This document shows positions 38,314 through 44,197 of a stretch of 44,197 bases of DNA, in pieces. The translations under genes were made by a program, and so were the position numbers. The notes under the pieces were generated by a model, which saw nothing but the letters and a program-made list of their open reading frames with translations, did not search any database and was not told where the DNA came from. Position 1 is the stretch's first letter. Every line of letters begins with the position of its first letter. This DNA is from a virus (Duplodnaviria > Caudoviricetes), in IMG/VR virus record IMGVR_UViG_3300017766_003074, positions 1 through 44,197 of that record; one strand, 5' to 3'.

Positions 38314-40938
38314 TTATAATGTAATTGATTTACTAGCTACTAATCCAGATAGTGAAGTACCAGAGAAATAAGTGTAAAATGAGTCTTCGCTACCATCAGT
38401 TGCTATGTAACGGTAATAAGTTATGTTAGATGGTGACGAATTGTATATATAGGTGTACACATCACCAGTTCCTATTGTAGCAAGTAATGTAGGAGTAGTG
38501 TTATAACCTCTGACTAAGGTCATCCAATCAATTACAGTCTTGTTCTTTAAAGTTTGTGTCGCAGTTAAGGTAACATATGTAGAACTATTAGAATTTACTG
38601 TAGTATAAACAGATTCCCATCTTCCAGAATTTGAACTTACCGTTGTGGTAGTACTATTCCATTTACTTGAACTAGCAATTTCAGAATCTAGGAAGTAAGC
38701 TGATGTACTTACCCATAGGGTATTATCGCTATTCCTTTGGATGATGTCTCTAGCAGAAGGATTGACAATTAAAACGTCATGTATTTCGTTTAATTCATAT
38801 CCATTTTGGACTTTAATATAAGCAGTGCCATTTCCAGCATTTGCTCTTTGAACGACACCCAAATAAACCAAATGAGTGGGTGCTTGTGGTTTTACTCTAG
38901 TATAAGTGCCGGGAGTTGTGCCTAGCCACAATGCATCACCAGCAACAAATGGACTTCCTAGATCTAATTTATCCATTGACCCGTACAAAGTAACATGTCC
39001 AATCTGACCAACTGCTATTGTTTCATTTACGAATCCTAAAGTCTTAGATGAAGTAGATTCATCAGAAGCAGATGCCCTTCTGACAGAAACTCTATCTCCT
39101 TGTGAGCCATATGAGTAAACTACAGTTCCTCTGGTTAAAGCGACAGAATCTGCGTTTGTTACTAATGCTACTACAGTACTTGCTATAGCAGATCCAGAAG
39201 CTAATCCAGTATTTACATTATCATGTACAAATGCGGTTGTAGCTAATTGTGTACTACTTGCACCAGCAGTTGCTGTAGACCCATAAACAGCACCAGAGAA
39301 CTGTGCGGTAGTACCAGTGATACCACCAGTTAAAGTTCCACCTGCTTTATCAAATTTACTATTTAAATCTGTGGTTAAATTTTCTATTTTAGATTGACTG
39401 ATTGCTGCATTAGATGCAACGTCAGTATTAACCAATAGAGATGCGGGAGATTGATAAATGCCATTAATTACCTTGACAAGGCCCGTTCCTCCAACCGAAG
39501 GAATTGTAGTATGGAGGTGTGTTGGTCTACCGTTATTAAAGTAAACAGTAATATCTTTGTTTGGTGATGCTGATCTAGCTTGTAAAACTAAAAATAGTCT
39601 ATTATCAATGTTGATAGTAGTTTGGGGTACTATCATTGATAAAACATACTGTGCTACTACAGCGGGATCGTATATATTATAGGTATCTGAAGTCGCAATT
39701 AAAGTTGTAGTAGAAAGAGTATCATTATATGTATATAATAGATATCTAACTGTCATTTGTGTTTGTATACTGGCTGTAGATGATGCCCAGAAATTTAGAT
39801 CAAAAATACCAGCAGCAATAACAGTAACTTCTGGATCTAGATTATCTGTTACGAATGTTGCTACCGTATCCCAATTAGTCTGAGATACGTTTGTTAATGT
39901 TGCGGAGCTTAATACAGGAGTAGAAACTTTTCCTAATTCGTAAGCTGTTCCAGAAAGACCAGCAATTGGAGGATCTCCCGCTGTTCCATAATTTAAATAA
40001 TACACTACTCCTCCACCACCAGATCCACCAGTAGGAACTGTACCGGGAACCCAAGCTGTACCTGACCATTGTAACATCTGTCCGGTAGAAGGAGTTTGTG
40101 TGGAGATCGGATAATTTTGTATTTTAATAACAGTAGCACTAGAAGATCCAACTGTAGTTGTAATGTCTCCAGTAAATGCGGGTAATCTAGCAGCAGATAA
40201 AGTTCCACTAGTAATATTATCAGCATTAAGGTTAGTTAAAGTAAGATTTGTTAAATGACTACCATCACCATAATGAGTTCCGCTTAAAGATGGTGATGAT
40301 AAACTGGTAGTAAATGCAGCAGTAGTTCCAGTAATTCCACCAGTTAAAGTCCCACCAGATAATGGCAAAGCTGCTGTATTTTGTATAGTGTTATCAGGAA
40401 ATTGAATTCCATTATGAGAAATTTCTACTCCAGATCCAGCACCAACATAAGCACCATTCCAAATTCTTAATGTTGTTCCAGCACCGCTATCTATATACAG
40501 TGGCATTGGAGTTATCCTGTCTTGTTGAAAAGATGTAATCCAACCTGCTTGCCAGTTTAAATCATAATCTACAGAACATACTAAAGAAATTCCAGATAAT
40601 CCACCTCTGCTACTATCATAACGTCCTTGATCTATTCTTGGTCCATACGAATATCCAAAATTAATTGGACCAGTCATTACACCGCCAGACAATGGTAAAT
40701 AATCTCCTGTTAAACCAGTAATTCCAGTTAAATGAGATCCATCTCCATAAAAAGACGAAGCACTTACATTATTAACAAAACTTCCATGATCAGCACTCAA
40801 TCCATCCGATGCACTTACACTAGTCCAATATGAATCTTTACCATAAGTACCGCTTAATATAATTTGATTACCGGAAATGGTTTCTGTTCCAGTTACGGTT
40901 TCTTGTCCTACTGTGATTGGTGCTAAAAAGCGGGGCAT
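38314..40938 (-). CDS. Mosaic long fibre / virion decoration protein
   Basis: 'LPLSGG.(M/L)TG' and 'YGDGSHLT' fibre repeats, a cement-like beta domain and 'LNEIHDV' knob. Start moved to ATG 40938 (MPRFLAP) because TTG 40986 lies in a terminator and TAAATA-N5 precedes 40938. Confidence 0.65.
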   Translation of the reverse strand: MPRFLAPITVGQETVTGTETISGNQIILSGTYGKDSYWTSVSASDGLSADHGSFVNNVSASSFYGDGSHLTGITGLTGDYLPLSGGVMTGPINFGYSYGPRIDQGRYDSSRGGLSGISLVCSVDYDLNWQAGWITSFQQDRITPMPLYIDSGAGTTLRIWNGAYVGAGSGVEISHNGIQFPDNTIQNTAALPLSGGTLTGGITGTTAAFTTSLSSPSLSGTHYGDGSHLTNLTLTNLNADNITSGTLSAARLPAFTGDITTTVGSSSATVIKIQNYPISTQTPSTGQMLQWSGTAWVPGTVPTGGSGGGGVVYYLNYGTAGDPPIAGLSGTAYELGKVSTPVLSSATLTNVSQTNWDTVATFVTDNLDPEVTVIAAGIFDLNFWASSTASIQTQMTVRYLLYTYNDTLSTTTLIATSDTYNIYDPAVVAQYVLSMIVPQTTINIDNRLFLVLQARSASPNKDITVYFNNGRPTHLHTTIPSVGGTGLVKVINGIYQSPASLLVNTDVASNAAISQSKIENLTTDLNSKFDKAGGTLTGGITGTTAQFSGAVYGSTATAGASSTQLATTAFVHDNVNTGLASGSAIASTVVALVTNADSVALTRGTVVYSYGSQGDRVSVRRASASDESTSSKTLGFVNETIAVGQIGHVTLYGSMDKLDLGSPFVAGDALWLGTTPGTYTRVKPQAPTHLVYLGVVQRANAGNGTAYIKVQNGYELNEIHDVLIVNPSARDIIQRNSDNTLWVSTSAYFLDSEIASSSKWNSTTTTVSSNSGRWESVYTTVNSNSSTYVTLTATQTLKNKTVIDWMTLVRGYNTTPTLLATIGTGDVYTYIYNSSPSNITYYRYIATDGSEDSFYTYFSGTSLSGLVASKSITL

Positions 40939-40943
40939 ATGAA

Positions 40944-40949
40944 TATTTA
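40944..40949 (-). promoter_or_regulatory. Late promoter TAAATA-N5-ATG (minus strand)
   Basis: TATTTA 5 nt from CAT 40936-40938. Confidence 0.65.
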
Positions 40950-40960
40950 CTACGAAGCAC

Positions 40961-40997
40961 AAAAAAAACTCCTGTTCGATTAACAAACAGGAGTTTT
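40961..40997 (-). terminator. Intrinsic terminator, possibly bidirectional
   Basis: Perfect 12-bp inverted repeat aaaactcctgtt / aacaggagtttt with 9-nt loop and an 8-U tract on the minus strand, just downstream of the 41023 stop. Confidence 0.8.
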
Positions 40998-41022
40998 AAT
41001 GAATTATATAATTTAATTTATA

Positions 41023-41697
41023 TTAACCTATGATAATAGCCTTATAAGCTGTAAGAGATGGAGCTTGGCTAAATTGAACAGAAATCTGATTTAATGCTGT
41101 ATTTGTTACTAAAGGATACACTACTTCATTATTATTTGTATCAACAATTGTAACAACAACATCTTGTACACCTAAATTATGTGATATATTATAATCCGTA
41201 TTTACTCCATCACCAAAAGTGGATACGAATTTATTAATGGTAGAACTACCGTATATAACTCCAGATGCAGAAATGTCGCCAACTACAGTTAATTTTACAT
41301 TTGGATCAGATGTACCTACACCTACATAACCAGCATGTGAAGAAGTACCATCTATATACAATGCTATGTTATTGTCATCGTAAAATGCTGCTATGGCTTG
41401 TTCACCAGTTTGATTTACTACTAAAGCTGGACCTGTTCCATTATTAGTTACACTAATTGAACTGGTAGTAGTATATTCGGTATTATGAAAAGAAGCAGAA
41501 CCTGTTACAGTTAAATTACCAGAAATATATGCATCTCCACCAACTGCCAATTCATATCCATTTAAAGCCTGCCCGTTAATAGATAGAGAACCAGCAGAAG
41601 CACCATTATTTACAACAAGAGTATCTGAAGTGATACCAGAAACTGCGGTAATCGAATTATATAAAGAAATATTATTTAAGACCCTGATGTTTGACAT
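41023..41697 (-). CDS. Fibre-associated structural protein with C-terminal 'HNL' beta domain
   Basis: 'VGVGTSDPNVKLTVVGDISASG' fibre repeat; C-term 'GDG...I.HNLG..DV.V...D...V.P...I.V.F..AP...Y...IIG'. Confidence 0.6.
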   Translation of the reverse strand: MSNIRVLNNISLYNSITAVSGITSDTLVVNNGASAGSLSINGQALNGYELAVGGDAYISGNLTVTGSASFHNTEYTTTSSISVTNNGTGPALVVNQTGEQAIAAFYDDNNIALYIDGTSSHAGYVGVGTSDPNVKLTVVGDISASGVIYGSSTINKFVSTFGDGVNTDYNISHNLGVQDVVVTIVDTNNNEVVYPLVTNTALNQISVQFSQAPSLTAYKAIIIG

Positions 41698-41702
41698 AAT
41701 AA

Positions 41703-41708
41703 TATTTA
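41703..41708 (-). promoter_or_regulatory. Late promoter TAAATA-N5-ATG (minus strand)
   Basis: TATTTA 5 nt from CAT 41695-41697. Confidence 0.65.
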
Positions 41709-41715
41709 GTTATTT

Positions 41716-42711
41716 TTAACCAAAAATAATTAATTTGTAGCTATTAATATCAGGAATAAATGAGAATTCTATAATTAGATTATTTTCATCTATTATTTTA
41801 ATGTATGGTATTACTATTTCGTTAGTATTAACATCTTGAACATTTACTAATATATTTTTTGTATTTAAATTATGCGAAAACGTAAATGATTGTTGAATTC
41901 CGTCTCCTACATTAAATATAACTTTTTTGATGTATTGTTGATCATTAACTATTAAATTTCCATTAATAATCAATTCTCCGTCTATCACTCCTCCGTTTTT
42001 ATACTGTACAGCATTTGTACCACCACCACTTTCAGCAACACGCATTGCTTCTCTTCTAGATACTTTTTCAGCTAAATCCAAATATTCTTTTCGGAATGAA
42101 TTGTTAAAATTTTCTAAAATTTTATGAAGTTTATTTCTATTTCCTGTATCAGTAATAACCGAATCAAAATTAGATTGTAAATTTTCTTTAATTAAATCTG
42201 ATATTATACCAGCTTTTACTTCTCTCTTTAATTCTTCTAAAACTTCACCTTTAATAGATTCAAAAAATTCAACTTTGGTTTTTTCTATTAAACTTTGTTC
42301 AGTTATAATAGGTTTTTGTTGTTCTTTCTTTTTTTCTTTTATTACAGGACGAACATGTGGTTTGTTTTGTTTCTTTTCTGTAATAATTGGTCTATTATTA
42401 ATTTTTCTATTATTTTCGTATACTGTTATCTTTGTATAATCTAATAAATTAGGATTAATTTTAACCCCGTTTTCTTTTGTTAAAACAAATCTTACGTTTT
42501 TAAAAATCTCATTTTTGATTTGAAGATCAACTTCTATAATTGGGTTTCCGTTAAAATCTCCCTTTTTTTCTTTTAATAAATCTAAACTTTTAGATTTTAT
42601 TTCGAACACATCAAAAAACACTTCATTTAGGCTATCATATCCTAATGAATTCATGCCTTCTTCTATTAAAGAATATTCAGAAATTGTGTTATTATCTAAT
42701 AATACCTGCAC
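41716..42711 (-). CDS. Structural protein: charged coiled coil, GGG hinge, C-terminal 'HNL' beta domain
   Basis: Lys/Glu-rich helical middle, 'AESGGGTNAVQY', same C-terminal domain as the 41023-41697 protein. Confidence 0.55.
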   Translation of the reverse strand: MQVLLDNNTISEYSLIEEGMNSLGYDSLNEVFFDVFEIKSKSLDLLKEKKGDFNGNPIIEVDLQIKNEIFKNVRFVLTKENGVKINPNLLDYTKITVYENNRKINNRPIITEKKQNKPHVRPVIKEKKKEQQKPIITEQSLIEKTKVEFFESIKGEVLEELKREVKAGIISDLIKENLQSNFDSVITDTGNRNKLHKILENFNNSFRKEYLDLAEKVSRREAMRVAESGGGTNAVQYKNGGVIDGELIINGNLIVNDQQYIKKVIFNVGDGIQQSFTFSHNLNTKNILVNVQDVNTNEIVIPYIKIIDENNLIIEFSFIPDINSYKLIIFG

Positions 42712-42716
42712 AATTT

Positions 42717-42773
42717 TATTTACGGATAATAGTGTAAAATAGAAGGAAATTATTGATTATTTATTATTAAATA
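42717..42773. promoter_or_regulatory. Divergent late promoters (minus 42717-42722; plus 42768-42773)
   Basis: Each TAAATA is exactly 5 nt from its start (GTG 42711 minus, ATG 42779 plus). Confidence 0.7.
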
Positions 42774-42778
42774 ATACT

Positions 42779-44197
42779 ATGGTTCAAATTGAAATTACTA
42801 AACAACCTTTATACGGAACTGTATATTGGGATGGATTTAAATTTATATACACTCCCGTACAAGGATTTAGTGGTAATGATGTATATTATTATACTAAGTT
42901 AGAAAATGGAATTAAATCTTCATACAAAAATTATGTTAATACTTCAAATTTAGCTCCTATTGTTCTTAATCCAACATTAACTGCTGATGCATTTGATGTA
43001 AAAACTATAGATATTACACAATTAGTAACAGACAATACGAATCCATTTAATGAATTAAAAATAACAAGTATACAAAATCCAGTAAGAGGAAGGATAGAAA
43101 ATAATGGAACCAGTTTATATTTTTATCCAAATACACAAAACGCTACAGAACAATTACAATATGTTGTTAGCGACAAACAATATAGTGTAACCGGAACTTT
43201 AACTCTTAGTGTTATTAACGGTAGAGTTGAATTACCATTAGAAAATACAACTTTTAAATATAAATTAACTAAAAATTATGATATAGGAATTACTATTCCA
43301 CCATTAATATTAGATTGGAATAATACTAGCGATGTTTTAGATCTTTATGCGGATAACTGGACCAATATAAATGTAGAAAAATATATAGAATTTTCTACTT
43401 ACATAGAAAGTGTATCTGCAAAATTAAATGAACTTTATAACAACAAACCAATATATGATGAACTCTATTCATTTGTATCATTAAATTCTTCTCTATGGAT
43501 TAGTGATAGAAGTGGTATAGATTTTATTAAAAATAATAATCAAAAATTAATTGATGTTTATAATTTAATAACAATTAAAAATCCATTATGGAATGACAAT
43601 TATAATAATTTTAATACAATTTCCTCTAGTATAGAGTATAATATAAACAATTTCGAGTCATTAGAAGATACAATAAACAAAGATAGTATTAATTGGGATA
43701 GTAATGAAATATATAATGTATTAGAACCAAATAAAGAAAAATGGGATACTAATTATACAATTTTATCTACATCAGAAAAAAATAATGAATGGAATAATAC
43801 AAATACATATACTTATTCGTTTTCCTCTGAAATAACAAATGATTCTATAGATTTTAATAATTTATATAATATAGTTACTGCATATTCTGGGGTATGGGAT
43901 AATCAAGAAACCGAATCAACGATGGTATCTTCTGTTAAATGGGATGAGGTTTACAATAATTTTAACTTATATAATAGTTTATATAATATACTAACTTCTA
44001 ATTCTGGTACATGGATAAATGATAAAATCAATAAAGATAATATAAGTTCTTCAATAAATTCCAATTCCCAAAACTGGAATAATTTATATAATATATTAAC
44101 ATCAGATTATTTTCAAAATTGGTCTAATATAGATTCATTAAATTCTGTATTAAGCGATGCAATTATTAATTTTAATTCAGTTTACGATACTATAGTA
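42779..44197 (+). CDS. Virion protein with two Big_9/cadherin-like Ig domains and Trp-containing helical repeats (3' truncated; absent from ORF track)
   Basis: Manual translation MVQIEITKQPLYGTVYWDGFKFIYTPVQGFSGNDVYYY...; frame stays open to the window end; later 'LYNIxTxxSGxW'-type repeats. Confidence 0.75.
   Translation, partial: MVQIEITKQPLYGTVYWDGFKFIYTPVQGFSGNDVYYYTKLENGIKSSYKNYVNTSNLAPIVLNPTLTADAFDVKTIDITQLVTDNTNPFNELKITSIQNPVRGRIENNGTSLYFYPNTQNATEQLQYVVSDKQYSVTGTLTLSVINGRVELPLENTTFKYKLTKNYDIGITIPPLILDWNNTSDVLDLYADNWTNINVEKYIEFSTYIESVSAKLNELYNNKPIYDELYSFVSLNSSLWISDRSGIDFIKNNNQKLIDVYNLITIKNPLWNDNYNNFNTISSSIEYNINNFESLEDTINKDSINWDSNEIYNVLEPNKEKWDTNYTILSTSEKNNEWNNTNTYTYSFSSEITNDSIDFNNLYNIVTAYSGVWDNQETESTMVSSVKWDEVYNNFNLYNSLYNILTSNSGTWINDKINKDNISSSINSNSQNWNNLYNILTSDYFQNWSNIDSLNSVLSDAIINFNSVYDTIV

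Noticed and set aside
39311-40750. Internal near-duplicates (GGTLTGGITGTTA twice; YGDGSHLT twice) as a recombination system
   Set aside because: Ordinary short fibre-shaft repeats with synonymous divergence.
40939-40986. N-terminal extension MLIEQEFFLCFVVNIH of the 890-aa ORF
   Set aside because: It runs through the terminator hairpin and the late promoter; ATG 40938 is the better start.
11-41447. Short antisense or nested ORFs in the track (e.g. 11-268, 1313-1567, 3315-3614, 12328-12597, 16350-16709, 32662-32982, 37006-37794, 39875-40226, 41265-41447)
   Set aside because: They lie within longer, motif-supported genes, lack the promoter motif and read like shadow frames.
1-44197. Stop-codon reassignment
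   Set aside because: Genes are long and densely packed under the standard code, and TAA, TAG and TGA all end plausible genes.

Overview
Very AT-rich segment of a large T4-like (contractile-tailed, myovirus-type) bacteriophage genome, dominated by the tail/baseplate module: tail tube and tube-initiator homologues, two gp26-like hub proteins, a hydrophobic tape-measure candidate, gp48/gp53/hub/gp25/gp6-like baseplate genes, about 12 kb of large PKD/propeller/LamG baseplate-periphery genes, a tail-collar fibre, a cluster of paralogous adhesin genes and a reverse-strand block of fibre/spike genes. Small islands of early genes (dUTPase, clamp loader, PD-(D/E)XK nuclease, small hypotheticals) are interspersed. 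Product calls come from motif recognition and synteny only, with no database search. Main findings: (1) a rigid TAAATA-N5-start-codon arrangement at 13 genes on both strands with no Shine-Dalgarno, pointing to leaderless late mRNAs, with most remaining genes translationally coupled; (2) a modular adhesin locus (28.2-33.0 kb) of Mtd_N-like anchors, putative acidic docking motifs, small tip proteins with homology-flanked variable domains, and a six-blade propeller with a constant DNA framework and variable loops; (3) a LamG-like domain apparently split over two genes; (4) a recurrent hydrophobic-S/T-small tripeptide in virion proteins. No rRNA, tRNA, CRISPR array, integrase or reverse transcriptase was recognised.
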